A stretch of DNA of 64,000 nucleotides, from assembly GCA_965140785.1 (NCBI GenBank), contig OZ223497.1, forward strand, positions 32,001-96,000. Reading direction: 5' to 3'. Shown here in pieces: positions 19,649 to 30,210 of this stretch; position 1 is the stretch's first letter, and the number at the start of each line of letters is the position of its first letter. The position numbers and the translations under genes are program-made. The notes under the pieces were generated by a model. It searched no databases and was not told where the DNA came from. It saw only the letters and a program-made list of their open reading frames with translations. This stretch comes from an uncultured Ruficoccus sp. (GTDB lineage: Bacteria > Verrucomicrobiota > Verrucomicrobiia > Opitutales > Cerasicoccaceae).

Positions 19649-21991
19649 TTGAATCACGGACATTTTATCGGAGATCTGGCCATTGTGCTGGTATGCGCGG
19701 CGAGCGTATCGCTGCTGTTTCAGCGTATCAAGCTGCCGGTTTTTCTCGGGTACCTGCTGAGCGGCTTTCTCATCGGACCGAATCTGTGGGAGCGCTCGCC
19801 CATTCACGACCTGGCCACGGTCAATGAGCTGAGCGAACTCGGGGTGGTCTTTCTGATGTTTTACATCGGATTGGAGTTTGACCTGCGGCGCTTGCGGCGG
19901 GTGATGGGGCCGGCAGTGCTCGCTGTGGGCCTGCAAACGGTGGTGCTGCTCTTTGTGGGGGCGCAGATCGCGCCGCTGCTGGGCTGGACACCGGTGCAGG
20001 GGATTTTCCTGGGCTCGCTGCTGGCTATCAGCTCCTCGATGGTGACGGTGGCTGTGCTGCGCGACCTCGGGCGGCTGGACAAACCGCACGCGCAGTTGGC
20101 GGTCGGGGTGCTGATTTTAGAAGACATTCTGGCGGTGACGCTTCTGGTCGTGCTCTCCGGTATCGCCGTCTCGGGGGCGGTCAGCTTCTTCGCCATCGGC
20201 AAGATCACCTTCTTTATCGCGGTCTTTGTCGTGGTGACCTACTACGTGGGCAAGCTCGTGGCGCCGCACTTCCTGAACCTGCTGGACCGGGTGGGCAGCA
20301 TCGAGCTGATCACGCTTTCGGTCGTGGCGATGATGCTCGGGGTCAGTATGATCGCGATCAAGCTGGATTTCTCCGAGGCGCTGGGGGCGTTCCTGGCCGG
20401 CTCGATCCTGTCGCAGACGCCGCTGGCCCATCGGATCGAGAATGCGACCGAGCCGCTGCGCAATATCTTTTGCGCGGTCTTCTTCGTGGCGGTGGGGATG
20501 CTGATCGAGCCGGAGCTGTTGCTGGACAACTGGAAGCTCATCGTCGGGCTCAGCGTGCTGGTGGTTTTGGTCAAGGTGGTGACGGTCTGGGTCGGCTTTT
20601 TCCTCGCCGGGCAGAATCCCGACACGGCCTTTCGCGCGGCGGTGGCCAAGGCGCAGATCGGGGAATTCAGTTTCATTATCGCGGCCATGGGGCAGAAAAC
20701 CGGCGTGACCGGCGACGGGCTGGTGGCCGTGGCGGTCGGGGTCTCGCTGCTGAGCACGCTCATGGCGCTGGGGGCGACGGTCAAGGCCGACCCCATTTAC
20801 AAAGGACTGGCCGCCCGCATGCCGCGTCCGCTCGGAGTGCTGGGCGAGTTTTACCGCAACTTTTACGACGACATCCACTCGCAGGTCGGGCGCAACCCCT
20901 TCCTCAAGCTGGCCAAGCGCCCGGTGCTGCAAATCCTCTTTACCTTCCTTCTGCTCAACGGCGTCGTCCTGGCGGCTTACATCGTGACGCACTTCATCGG
21001 CGCGCACGCAGAGCTGGCCCAGTACCGCTCGTGGGCGGTGCCGGTGGTCTGGTGGGTCTCGGCGCTACTGTGCCTGCCCTTCATCTCGGCCATCCTGCGC
21101 AACCTCAACGCGATCGTCCTGCTACTGACCGACTCGCTCTTCTCGACCACGGCGGAGCGGCAGTACTTCCGGGGCCGCCTGCGCAACATTTTCAACACCT
21201 TCGTGCTGGTCGTGTTGATCATTCTGCTGGGCGGGCTGTACCTGTCAGTCACGGCCCAGTACCTCCCCGGCGGGGTGGCGCTGGCGGGCTTCTTCGTGCT
21301 GCTGCTGGTAGCGGGGATTATTTTCTGGAACCGCATCGTCAACATCCAGAGCCGCCTCGAATTGCTCTTTATGGAGAGCTTTAACAAGCGGGCTGAGACC
21401 GAGGAACCGCAGCGCCGCCAGAAAACGTTGGAGGAAATCAAGCGCCAGTACCCCTGGCCGGTTTCGATCCGCGACGTATTGGTCAAGGCCAACGCCGCTG
21501 CCTGTGGCAAGCGCATCAGTGACCTGGACCTGCGCAAGCAGACCCGCGCCTCCATCATCGCGCTGGGGCGGGCCGGGCAGGTTCAGTACGATCCCGGCCC
21601 CGGCACGGTGATCTTTCCGCTCGACCACCTCTACCTCTTCGGTAGCGAAGAGGAGACACAGCGAGCGATGGAGGCGCTCCAACTGGAGCGGGCTGGTCCT
21701 TCCGAGTCCGAGGGCACACCGACCTTTACCATCGAGACGATCTACCTCGACCGTGACTCGGAGATCACGGACAAGACCCTGGCCGGGGCCAATCTGCGCA
21801 AGGCCTACGGCGTCACCGTGCTCGGCATCCAGCGCGGAGAGCGTCGCATCACCGGCCCCTTACCGGACGAGATTCTCCAGCCCGGCGACGTGCTCTACGT
21901 CATCGGCAATCGCGAAGGCATCCGCCGCTTCCAGGAGCAGAACCACGCCGAGGTTGAAGCCATAGAGGTCGTGCCTACGACGGACGGGTGA
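19649..21991 (+). CDS. CPA2 cation:proton antiporter with C-terminal TrkA-C (RCK-C) domains
   Basis: GYLLSG, ELGVVFLMFYIGLEF, SSS, LEDI, GAFLAG, QIGEFSF; two TrkA-C-like repeats at the C-terminus. Confidence 0.9.
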   Translation: MNHGHFIGDLAIVLVCAASVSLLFQRIKLPVFLGYLLSGFLIGPNLWERSPIHDLATVNELSELGVVFLMFYIGLEFDLRRLRRVMGPAVLAVGLQTVVLLFVGAQIAPLLGWTPVQGIFLGSLLAISSSMVTVAVLRDLGRLDKPHAQLAVGVLILEDILAVTLLVVLSGIAVSGAVSFFAIGKITFFIAVFVVVTYYVGKLVAPHFLNLLDRVGSIELITLSVVAMMLGVSMIAIKLDFSEALGAFLAGSILSQTPLAHRIENATEPLRNIFCAVFFVAVGMLIEPELLLDNWKLIVGLSVLVVLVKVVTVWVGFFLAGQNPDTAFRAAVAKAQIGEFSFIIAAMGQKTGVTGDGLVAVAVGVSLLSTLMALGATVKADPIYKGLAARMPRPLGVLGEFYRNFYDDIHSQVGRNPFLKLAKRPVLQILFTFLLLNGVVLAAYIVTHFIGAHAELAQYRSWAVPVVWWVSALLCLPFISAILRNLNAIVLLLTDSLFSTTAERQYFRGRLRNIFNTFVLVVLIILLGGLYLSVTAQYLPGGVALAGFFVLLLVAGIIFWNRIVNIQSRLELLFMESFNKRAETEEPQRRQKTLEEIKRQYPWPVSIRDVLVKANAAACGKRISDLDLRKQTRASIIALGRAGQVQYDPGPGTVIFPLDHLYLFGSEEETQRAMEALQLERAGPSESEGTPTFTIETIYLDRDSEITDKTLAGANLRKAYGVTVLGIQRGERRITGPLPDEILQPGDVLYVIGNREGIRRFQEQNHAEVEAIEVVPTTDG

Positions 21992-22001
21992 GGCGGAGGC
22001 C

Positions 22002-22547
22002 TTACTTAGCGGGGTGGAAAGCGGCGGCGGCATCCCCGGGAGGACCGGCGAGGAACTCTTTAACGAAGTTATCCTCGTCTTTGTAGCCACGGGGACCGAA
22101 GTTCAGATGCGAGCCGTCAGCCGTCCAGCCGCAGAACATGGTTGAGATTTTGCCTGTATCCTCGAAGTCAATCGCCTTCTCCAGCGTGTAGTAGGCGAAG
22201 CCCTCATCCGTTTTAGCTACGATGGCGTAGTAGCACAGCGGGCTATTGGCAGGCTTTTCGAACGTGAGCAGGACGGCCTTGCCAGGCTCAATGCTTTTGA
22301 CCTTCAGGTCCTTGGCGAAGGACTTACCGGCGATCTCGGCGGCCGCGTTTTTCAAATACGTTATGTCGCCTTTCTCCAGAGCCTGGAAGAATGCGCCGTC
22401 ACTTCCGTAGAGCCATTGGGGGATGAGGCGGTGCTCGACGTAGTAGATCTTTTGCTGCTGCTCATTGAGCAGACCTTGCGCCATGAGCGGGGCAAGAGGC
22501 GCAGCAAGCAGGAGTAGAAAAACAAGAACAGACGAGATGCGTTTCAT
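22002..22547 (-). CDS. Secreted hypothetical protein
   Basis: Signal peptide MKRISSVLVFLLLLAAPLAPLMA; YYTLE and FCGW..DGSHLNFG conserved-looking motifs. Confidence 0.75.
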   Translation of the reverse strand: MKRISSVLVFLLLLAAPLAPLMAQGLLNEQQQKIYYVEHRLIPQWLYGSDGAFFQALEKGDITYLKNAAAEIAGKSFAKDLKVKSIEPGKAVLLTFEKPANSPLCYYAIVAKTDEGFAYYTLEKAIDFEDTGKISTMFCGWTADGSHLNFGPRGYKDEDNFVKEFLAGPPGDAAAAFHPAK

Positions 22548-22663
22548 GGGGTAACCTTTCGTGTTGGGGGTTTATGATAAATAACACATCCGGTGGGGAT
22601 GTAACCGGGGGCTGTGTCAACTTGAGACAGATGATATGCTTCGGCGGAAAAATCGGTTGCCCA

Positions 22664-23749
22664 TTAATAATACTGCGGCACCTTCATGGAGTCGGGGACG
22701 GGAGTGCGGTGGTAGTCCTCGTGGTGGACGCGCTTGGGGAGCTTGATTTCCGCGTGTTCGACGGGCTCGTAGGGGATCTGGTCGAGCAGGTGGTGGATGC
22801 AGTTGAGGCGGGCGTGTTTCTTGTCGTTGCCCTCGACGATGTTCCAGGGGGCGAAGGGGAAGCTCGTCCGCTCGAAGGTCTCCTCCTTGGCCTTGGTATA
22901 GTCCTCCCAGCGCACGCGCGACTGGAGGTCCATCGGGCTGAGTTTCCACTGCTTGAGCGGGTCATGGATACGGCACTGGAAGCGGAACTCCTGTTCCTCG
23001 TCGGTGATGGAGAACCAGTACTTGATCAGGCGCACGCCGGAGTTGACCAGCATCTGCTCGAACATCGGCACGTCGTGAAAGAACTGCTCGACCTGCTCCT
23101 CGGTACAGAAGTTCATCACCCGCTCGACGCCGGAGCGGTTGTACCAACTGCGGTCGAAGAGCACGATCTCGCCCCCGGCGGGCAGATGCGGCACGTAGCG
23201 CTGGAAGTACCACTGGGTCTTTTCGCGGTCGGAGGGGGCGGGGAGGGCGGCCACCCGGCACACCCGGGGGTTGAGCCGCTGGGTGATGCGCTTGATCACG
23301 CCGCCCTTGCCGGCGGCGTCGCGGCCCTCGAAGATGACGGCGATCTTGGCTTTGGTCTCGACCACCCAATCCTGCATCCGGATCAGTTCGATCTGGAGCC
23401 GCCGCAGTTCCTGGAAGTAAAAGCGCCGGAAGAGCCTCCGCTCCTCCGGGTCGCCGAGTGGTTTTAGACCGGTCTTGGCACCGATATGTTCCTCGAAAAT
23501 GTCCTCCAGGTCATGTTCGATCTCCTCCACCAGATCGTCCATGATCTCCTCATGCAGCCCCTCGTAGGCCTGGCTCTCGGCTTGCTTGAGCAGCTTTTTC
23601 AAGCGCTTCATTTCATCCTTGGGCGAGCGCTTGGCGGCGGGCGGGGCGACTTTGGCTTTGCCGCTTTTTTTCGCGGGGGCTTTGGGGGATAAGGCCTTTT
23701 TCGGCGCGGACTTGCGGGCAGGGGTGCCTTTCGAGGTGGACTTGCTCAT
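22664..23749 (-). CDS. ppk2: Polyphosphate kinase 2
   Basis: FEGRDAAGKGG, WYFQRY, FDRSWYNR, KQWKLSPMD; K/A/P-rich N-terminal tail. Confidence 0.95.
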   Translation of the reverse strand: MSKSTSKGTPARKSAPKKALSPKAPAKKSGKAKVAPPAAKRSPKDEMKRLKKLLKQAESQAYEGLHEEIMDDLVEEIEHDLEDIFEEHIGAKTGLKPLGDPEERRLFRRFYFQELRRLQIELIRMQDWVVETKAKIAVIFEGRDAAGKGGVIKRITQRLNPRVCRVAALPAPSDREKTQWYFQRYVPHLPAGGEIVLFDRSWYNRSGVERVMNFCTEEQVEQFFHDVPMFEQMLVNSGVRLIKYWFSITDEEQEFRFQCRIHDPLKQWKLSPMDLQSRVRWEDYTKAKEETFERTSFPFAPWNIVEGNDKKHARLNCIHHLLDQIPYEPVEHAEIKLPKRVHHEDYHRTPVPDSMKVPQYY

Positions 23750-23837
23750 GAGAGTTAAGGGGACGGTTTACGCGAATATCGTAAAGCGTTGGGAGCACGT
23801 TCGTCAAAGCCGGGTTTTTGACAAATGGGTGACGAAA

Positions 23838-23859
23838 TAAGCCACCGATCGGTGACTTA
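23838..23859. promoter_or_regulatory. Near-perfect 22-bp palindrome between divergent ppk2 and hypothetical-hppA genes
   Basis: TAAGCCACCGATCGGTGACTTA, one mismatched pair. Confidence 0.45.
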
Positions 23860-23959
23860 AGCGAGTGTTTTAATGCCCATTAGGCGCTTTATTGAAACTA
23901 ATTATGGGCTTGCTTTTGTTAAGCAAAACTAATCTTGTGAAACTGGACTATAAAGAGTT

Positions 23960-24733
23960 ATGCAAACCTTCTTATATCTGTCACTCATCCCGGAGTCGCT
24001 GATCGCCTCGATGCTGCCGCCCGAGCAGTTCGGTGCGTACTACGCGACCGGAACACAAAAACGCAGCCGTGGACGCGCTCTCTTCTTTGAGGTGAAGCGC
24101 AACTTTGCCTCGGATTACCTTAAGCTGGACGAGATCGAAAAGCGCTGCGTTCCGCATGAGGACGGCCGCCCGCGCAAATCGACCTATCTGTCGATCTACC
24201 GGGTGCTCGAGCACGTGCCGCTGGAGGCGCTGGGCAAGCTCTACCTCATCACCGATGACGGTAAGATGCTCGCGCTCGAACCGCAGAAGTACGAGGTCAA
24301 GAACGAGGACCCGGTGCATCTCTATCAGGAGATCTGCCCGCTGCGTCCGCGTGTGGCCAGCTCCCTGAGTCCCGCCGTCTTCTGCAAGCGCATCACCGAC
24401 CGGACCGATCCGGTCTCCGTGGATAAGATTGTCTTCTGCGACCTGCAGCTCGACGAACTGGCTCAGAACCCCGCCAACGCCAAGGCCGACAACCTGCCGT
24501 ACCCGAACATCAGCCATCTGCGCGACTGTCTGCTGGCGGTCAAGGACAACGAGGTCAAGCAGACCAAGGCCGTCATCCGCTCTATGCCCGGTGACATCCT
24601 GTACCGCACGGTCAAGAGCGGCTTTTTCGTGGGCAGCGGGGAGGAAATGCTCTTCTACCCGATGCCGACCATGGACCAGCTCCAGCGCGAGTACTACGAG
24701 TGGTGGCGCTCCGCCGAGGCTTCTCTGGGCTGA
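23960..24733 (+). CDS. Hypothetical protein with apparent internal two-fold duplication
   Basis: 257 aa, host-like codon usage; LYLSLIPESLIASMLPPEQF vs LYQEICPLRPRVASSLSPAVF. Confidence 0.8.
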   Translation: MQTFLYLSLIPESLIASMLPPEQFGAYYATGTQKRSRGRALFFEVKRNFASDYLKLDEIEKRCVPHEDGRPRKSTYLSIYRVLEHVPLEALGKLYLITDDGKMLALEPQKYEVKNEDPVHLYQEICPLRPRVASSLSPAVFCKRITDRTDPVSVDKIVFCDLQLDELAQNPANAKADNLPYPNISHLRDCLLAVKDNEVKQTKAVIRSMPGDILYRTVKSGFFVGSGEEMLFYPMPTMDQLQREYYEWWRSAEASLG

Positions 24734-24786
24734 TCCCGCGAGAGCCCACGACACAGTTTAGAAAACAATCTTATTCACCTTTAGTT

Positions 24787-27015
24787 ATGCATTCCATTCA
24801 TCCGCTATTTTGGTTTGTTCCGGTCGGCTCCATCGTCGCCCTGAGCTTCGCCTGGTACTTCTTCCGTCAAATGATGGCAGAAGACGAGGGCACCGACACG
24901 ATGCGCAAGATCGCCGCCCACGTGCGGGCCGGGGCTTACGCCTACCTGCGCCAGCAGTATAAGATCGTCGGTATCGTCTTCATTATCATCACGCTCCTCT
25001 TTGCCGTGCTCGCCTACGGGCTCAAGTTGCAGAACGGCTGGGTGCCGTTCGCGTTCCTGACCGGGGGCTTCTTCTCCGGGCTGGCCGGTTTCTTCGGCAT
25101 GAAGACCGCCACCTATGCCAGTGCCCGCGCGGCCAACGCCGCCAAGGATTCGCTCGATCACGGCCTGCGCGTGGCTTTCCGCTCCGGCGCCGTCATGGGC
25201 CTCGTCGTGGTGGGCCTGGGCCTGCTCGACATCTCCATTTGGTTCCTGGTCCTGGCGAACTTCTACCCCATCGGTGAAGGCGACGGGCACAACCTGATTA
25301 TCATCACCACCACCATGCTGACCTTTGGTATGGGGGCGTCGTTGCAGGCACTCTTCGCCCGTGTGGGCGGCGGTATCTTCACCAAGGCCGCTGACGTCGG
25401 CGCCGACCTCGTCGGCAAGGTCGAGGCGGGCATCCCCGAGGACGACCCCCGCAACCCCGCCACCATCGCCGACAATGTCGGTGACAACGTCGGTGACGTG
25501 GCCGGCATGGGTGCGGACCTGTACGAGAGCTATTGCGGCTCGATCCTCGCCACCGCTGCTCTTGGGGCAGCCGCTTTTCTGGGGCAAGGGTCGGACATTC
25601 AGATGAAGGCCGTCATCGCGCCGATGCTGATCGGTGCGTTCGGGACGCTGCTTTCAATCCTGGGTATCTTCAGCGTCCGCGTGAAAAAGGGCGCGGACAG
25701 CAAGGCTCTGTTGGGCGCCCTGGGCAAGGGCATCAATATCAGCTCGGTGCTGATCATTGTCGTTTCGGCCCTCGTGCTGTACTTCCTGAAAATCCCCAAT
25801 TGGTTGGGTGTTTGGGGCGCGATCGTGGTCGGCTTGATCACGGGGATCGTCATCGGACGGGCAACCGAGTACTACACCTCGCAGGCTTACCGCCCGACGC
25901 AGCGAATCGCCGAGCAGGCCAAGACCGGCCCGGCCACCGTCATCATCGCCGGGATGGGCGAGGGGATGCTCTCCGTCGCCTATCCGGTGCTCGCCGTATG
26001 CGTCGGCACCACGCTGGCTTATCTGCTGGCGACTGGCTTCAGCTTTGACTCCTCGACCATGTCGCAGGGGCTGTACGGGATCGGCATCGCCGCCGTCGGT
26101 ATGCTCTCCACCCTGGGCATCACTCTGGCCACGGACGCCTATGGCCCCATCGCCGACAACGCCGGCGGTAACGCCGAAATGAGCGGCCTGGACCCCGAAG
26201 TCCGCCGCCGCACCGACCTGCTCGACTCCCTTGGCAACACCACCGCCGCCACCGGCAAGGGCTTCGCCATCGGTTCGGCCGCCCTCACCGCGCTGGCCCT
26301 CCTGGCCTCCTACATCGAGGAACTTAAGATCGGCATCAACCGCGTGCTTGAGCAGGGCGGTCAGTTCTTCTTCCCGGACGGCTCCATCGTCGAGTCGGCC
26401 AAGGAAGTGACGGACATGAGCCTGTTCAACATGATGGAAGTCTTCGAAGTCAACCTGATGAACCCGAAGGTGATCATCGGGCTGTTTCTGGGGTGCATGA
26501 TGGCCTTCGTTTTCTGCGGGCTGACCATGAACGCCGTGGGCCGCGCCGCTGGCCAGATGGTGGACGAAGTGCGTCGCCAGTTCAGGGAAATCGCCGGTAT
26601 CCTCGAAGGCAAGGCCGAGCCGGATTACGCCCGTTGCGTGACCATCTCGACCTTTGCCGCGCAGAAGGAAATGCTCCTGCCCGCGCTGACTGCCGTGATC
26701 GTGCCGGTGTTAGTCGGTATCGTCTTTGGCGTGCCGGGCGTGCTCGGTCTGCTTGCCGGTGCTCTCTCCGGCGGTTTCGCCCTGGCGGTCTTCATGGCCA
26801 ACAGCGGCGGCGCCTGGGACAATGCCAAGAAGCACATCGAGGAAGGCCACCACGGCGGCAAGGGCTCCGAAGCCCACAAGGCATCCGTCATCGGTGATAC
26901 CGTCGGGGACCCCTTCAAGGACACCTCCGGCCCGAGCCTGAACATCCTGATCAAGCTGATGACCATGGTCTCGATCGTCGTCGCCGGGGTGACCGTCAGC
27001 TTCAGTTTGCTTTAA
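24787..27015 (+). CDS. hppA: Membrane-bound ion-translocating pyrophosphatase, K+-dependent type
   Basis: [41 protein letters not shown] (Ala indicates K+ dependence), [14 protein letters not shown]. Confidence 0.95.
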   Translation: MHSIHPLFWFVPVGSIVALSFAWYFFRQMMAEDEGTDTMRKIAAHVRAGAYAYLRQQYKIVGIVFIIITLLFAVLAYGLKLQNGWVPFAFLTGGFFSGLAGFFGMKTATYASARAANAAKDSLDHGLRVAFRSGAVMGLVVVGLGLLDISIWFLVLANFYPIGEGDGHNLIIITTTMLTFGMGASLQALFARVGGGIFTKAADVGADLVGKVEAGIPEDDPRNPATIADNVGDNVGDVAGMGADLYESYCGSILATAALGAAAFLGQGSDIQMKAVIAPMLIGAFGTLLSILGIFSVRVKKGADSKALLGALGKGINISSVLIIVVSALVLYFLKIPNWLGVWGAIVVGLITGIVIGRATEYYTSQAYRPTQRIAEQAKTGPATVIIAGMGEGMLSVAYPVLAVCVGTTLAYLLATGFSFDSSTMSQGLYGIGIAAVGMLSTLGITLATDAYGPIADNAGGNAEMSGLDPEVRRRTDLLDSLGNTTAATGKGFAIGSAALTALALLASYIEELKIGINRVLEQGGQFFFPDGSIVESAKEVTDMSLFNMMEVFEVNLMNPKVIIGLFLGCMMAFVFCGLTMNAVGRAAGQMVDEVRRQFREIAGILEGKAEPDYARCVTISTFAAQKEMLLPALTAVIVPVLVGIVFGVPGVLGLLAGALSGGFALAVFMANSGGAWDNAKKHIEEGHHGGKGSEAHKASVIGDTVGDPFKDTSGPSLNILIKLMTMVSIVVAGVTVSFSLL

Positions 27016-27117
27016 AATTGGCGCGTCGCCGGTTTGTTACAAGCTGGTGACGTCCGTCTTATAAGTTTGCCTTACGGGAAAGCCGCGATTTACGTCGCGG
27101 CTTTTCTTTTGCGCATT

Positions 27118-27558
27118 ATGTTGCAGGAACGCCAGCCGGAATCCGCCGTTCACCCCGCCGAGGACCTTGTCCGGGAGGATAAGTCCACCGGTGGCCTGAA
27201 ACGCATTTACAACGCCCTGCGCTACTCCCTGCAAGGGATTGGTGCCGCCGTGAAGCAGGAGTCGGCCTTTCGCCAGGAAATGATCCTGTGCGCCGTACTG
27301 GTGCCGGTCGCCATCCTACTGCCGGTGGGTTGGATCGGCACCGCGCTTATGCTCGGGAGCCTCTTTCTCGTGCTCATCACCGAGCTGCTCAACTCCGCTA
27401 TCGAGTGGACGGTGGATTACGTCAGCCAGGAGACACATCCCTTCGCCCGCCGCGCCAAGGACATGGGCAGCGCCGCCGTCTTTTTCGCCCTCGTCAACGT
27501 CCTCGCCATCTGGGTCTGCATCATCCTCCAGGCCTGGACCGACGGCCGCTTCGGCTAA
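27118..27558 (+). CDS. dgkA: Diacylglycerol kinase
   Basis: YSLQG, ESAFRQE, ELLNSAIEWTVD, AKDMGSAAV. Confidence 0.92.
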   Translation: MLQERQPESAVHPAEDLVREDKSTGGLKRIYNALRYSLQGIGAAVKQESAFRQEMILCAVLVPVAILLPVGWIGTALMLGSLFLVLITELLNSAIEWTVDYVSQETHPFARRAKDMGSAAVFFALVNVLAIWVCIILQAWTDGRFG

Positions 27559-27559
27559 A

Positions 27560-27879
27560 GTCCGGCTAGACCAGCATTTTGCCTCCTGGGCTTACGCAGC
27601 CCAGACCCGCGGCAGCCGAGGGCTGCACCCTCGGTCCGATGTCCGGGCTTCGCCCAAACGCCGGACCGACATTGAAGCCTTCCCTGACACGGCTTCGCCA
27701 TCAAGTGTAGCTATTTTACCCGTGTCTGAGACCCCATAGTAGTGACCCGGTTTTGATGCTTCTCAGCGTTTGTTGAAAACAGCACGCTGTTTTCAACAAA
27801 CGCTGATGCGATGCGCAGCATCGAAAGTGCAGGCTATGCCTGCTGCGGGTCTGGGCTGCATAAACCCAGAAAACAAAAA
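27560..27879. repeat. Composite palindromic intergenic element (REP/MITE-like)
   Basis: About 39-bp imperfect IR at 27577-27617 / 27840-27879; perfect 21-bp-arm hairpin at 27763-27806; GTCCGGCTRGACCAGCA unit shared with 31356 and 34957. Confidence 0.75.
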
Positions 27880-27900
27880 GAGGCTTCATCTCCGCCTCGC

Positions 27901-28788
27901 TTACGCGGTGGCGGCGTTACGGCGTTCGACGAGCTTGAAGCCGTCGCTTTGTTCGTCGGCGTGGTAGGAGGAGCGGACGAGGGGGCCACTCTCGATCACG
28001 TCGAAGCCCATGCCCAGGCCGAAGCTTTTCCAGTGGGCGAACTCCTCGGGGGTGACCCAGCGGTCGATCGGCTCGTGCTTTTTGGTGGGCTGGAGGTACT
28101 GGCCGATGGTGAGGATGTTGACGCCGATGGCGCGCAGGTCCTTTAAGAGTTCCACCATCTCGTGCTCTTTTTCGCCGATGCCGAGCATGATGCCGCTTTT
28201 GGTGACGAAGCCGCGGCTCTTGGCGTGGGTGAGGACCCAGAGGGAGCGCTCGTAGTTGGCGGTCTTGCGGATCGGGCGCTGGAGGCGTTTGACCGTCTCC
28301 ATGTTGTGATTGAGAATGTCGGGCTTGGCGTCGAGCAGGGTGTCGAGGTGTTCCTGCTGGCCGCGGAAGTCCGCCGGAAGCACCTCGATGGCGGTGTTCG
28401 GGCAGCGGTAGCGGATGGCGCGGATGGTGGCCGCCCAGACGCTGGCGCCGCCGTCCTTCAAGTCGTCACGGGCGACGGAGGTGACGACCACGTGTTTGAG
28501 GCCCATGCGGGCCACGGAATCGGCCACGCGGGCCGGTTCGCCCAGGTCGAGTTCGGTCGGGCGCCCGGTGTTGATGGCGCAAAAGGTGCAGGAGCGGGTG
28601 CAGGTGTTGCCGAGGATCATGACCGTGGCGGTGCCCCGGCTCCAGCACTCGCCCATATTCGGGCACTGCGCGCTCTGGCAGACGGTGTGCAGGCTGTGCT
28701 CATCGACATTGCGGCGGGTTTCCATGTAGCCGGGGCCATTGGGAAGCTTGGCCCGCAGCCAGGAAGGTTTGCGTTGGGTATCGCTCAT
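27901..28788 (-). CDS. lipA: Lipoyl synthase
   Basis: KPSWL, CQSAQCPNMGEC, CTRSCTFC, NHNMETV, GQYLQP, LVRSSYHA. Confidence 0.97.
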   Translation of the reverse strand: MSDTQRKPSWLRAKLPNGPGYMETRRNVDEHSLHTVCQSAQCPNMGECWSRGTATVMILGNTCTRSCTFCAINTGRPTELDLGEPARVADSVARMGLKHVVVTSVARDDLKDGGASVWAATIRAIRYRCPNTAIEVLPADFRGQQEHLDTLLDAKPDILNHNMETVKRLQRPIRKTANYERSLWVLTHAKSRGFVTKSGIMLGIGEKEHEMVELLKDLRAIGVNILTIGQYLQPTKKHEPIDRWVTPEEFAHWKSFGLGMGFDVIESGPLVRSSYHADEQSDGFKLVERRNAATA

Positions 28789-28843
28789 GAATTGTCAGAC
28801 AATCTTGCCGCCCAGCACCGGTTTGTCAAAGGCGGAAGAGGGT

Positions 28844-29050
28844 TTAGGCTTCCTGCTTCTCAAACTGCTCAAAGGACAGGGCAGGGAGAGCCGCCTGCGA
28901 GCGGGCGTGCTCGATGGTCATACTGACAAGATTACCGCCCGCATCGAGATCCAGATAAATGTTCTCGTTGACTTCCCGGGTTTCGGAAATCTCACCCTTG
29001 GAAAACTCCACCAAAGCGGTGTCCGTATCTGAAAAGTACTTGATCGTCAT
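28844..29050 (-). CDS. DUF2283-like protein (predicted antitoxin)
   Basis: IKYFSDTDTALVEF, LDLDAGGNLVSMTIEHA; ATGA-coupled to the upstream ORF. Confidence 0.8.
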   Translation of the reverse strand: MTIKYFSDTDTALVEFSKGEISETREVNENIYLDLDAGGNLVSMTIEHARSQAALPALSFEQFEKQEA

Positions 29051-29322
29051 GGCTTGAAGCTGCGGTCGAAAAAGGCGTTATGGACAGTCTCGCCGTCGTC
29101 CAGAAGAATTATGCGGAGGAATTTACCCTCTTCTTCGATATTTGTCCACCTCCGTATGCGTCCGTCCGTTTGGACTTCTTCTCGGATTGGATGTTGCATC
29201 GCCCGCTGAATCCACTCGAGTTTAATGCCTTGGCGATCTGGACGCTGGCGCGTGTGGAGGAAATAGGCGGTGAATTTAATTGGAATATCTCCTGTTGGTT
29301 TGAATATATTTTTTCTACTCAT
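29047..29322 (-). CDS. DUF4258/BrnT-like predicted toxin; start uncertain (ATG 29322 or ATT 29280)
   Basis: RPDR..IKLEWI, QTDGRIRRW, LRIILLDDGETVHNAFFDR; lower GC. Confidence 0.7.
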   Translation of the reverse strand: MSRKNIFKPTGDIPIKFTAYFLHTRQRPDRQGIKLEWIQRAMQHPIREEVQTDGRIRRWTNIEEEGKFLRIILLDDGETVHNAFFDRSFKP

Positions 29323-29418
29323 GCCAACGTTTCAACGGCGAATAAAAACGGCTGTCAACTAGGGGGCGGGTCCTGAGTTTTTAAAAAAAAGTGACGTATT
29401 TTATTGATCATAATGTTC

Positions 29419-30078
29419 TTAAGAGATGCTTGTTGTGCTTCTCACCCCGAACAGCGCCTCGGCCTCGGTGGCGAGGAGGCGCTTGACCTCGGATAAATCG
29501 ATGTCCTGCCCCAGCTCGGTGGCGACGGAGGTGACGGTGCCCTCGGCGGGAGTGATGCCGCAGGGGACGATACCGCCGAAGTTGCCCAGGTCGCAGTTTA
29601 CGTTGAGCGCGAAGCCGTGGTAGGTGACCCAGCGCTTCACGGCGACGCCGATAGCGGCGATCTTGCGGGTGTCCAGCCAGATGCCGGTCATACCCTCGCG
29701 GCGAGCGGCGGCCAGCCCGAGGGAGCCTAGCACGTTGATGATGAGCTGCTCGATCTTGCGCAGGTAGGCGTGGAGGTCGCGGGTGGCGGCCAGGGAAATA
29801 ACCGGGTAGCCGACGATCTGGCCGGGCCCGTGCCAGGTGATGTCGCCGCCGCGGTTGGTTTTGGCCACCTGGATGCCGTTGGCCTGAAGGGCGTCGGGGG
29901 CAAGCAGCAGGTGTTTTTCCGCGCCGTGGCGAGCGCCGATGGTATAGACGGATTCGTGCTCGGTCAGAATGAGCGTGTCGTCGATTTCGCCGTCGAGGCG
30001 CTGTTCGACGCGCTCCAGCTGCCGGTTAAAAGCATCCGCGTAGGCCGTCCGGCCCCAGTCTTCGATCGTTAAAGCCAT
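29419..30078 (-). CDS. lipB: Lipoyl(octanoyl) transferase
   Basis: EHESVYTIG, RGGDITWHGPGQ, KIAAIG, HGFALNV, IVPCG. Confidence 0.95.
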   Translation of the reverse strand: MALTIEDWGRTAYADAFNRQLERVEQRLDGEIDDTLILTEHESVYTIGARHGAEKHLLLAPDALQANGIQVAKTNRGGDITWHGPGQIVGYPVISLAATRDLHAYLRKIEQLIINVLGSLGLAAARREGMTGIWLDTRKIAAIGVAVKRWVTYHGFALNVNCDLGNFGGIVPCGITPAEGTVTSVATELGQDIDLSEVKRLLATEAEALFGVRSTTSIS

Positions 30079-30210
30079 TTGAAGCAAAAGGTTCATCTTG
30101 CCGGAAAACGCCAAAATGGCAAGCGGACGAATCACCCTTTCCCAACTCTGCGAGCTGCTCCCCCAACTCTCAAACGATCAAACCCTCAAACCTTCAAACT
30201 CCCCTCAAAC

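Noticed and set aside
18653..20089. 478-aa minus-strand ORF
   Set aside because: Only the last 258 codons are a real gene; the rest is non-coding or antisense to the antiporter
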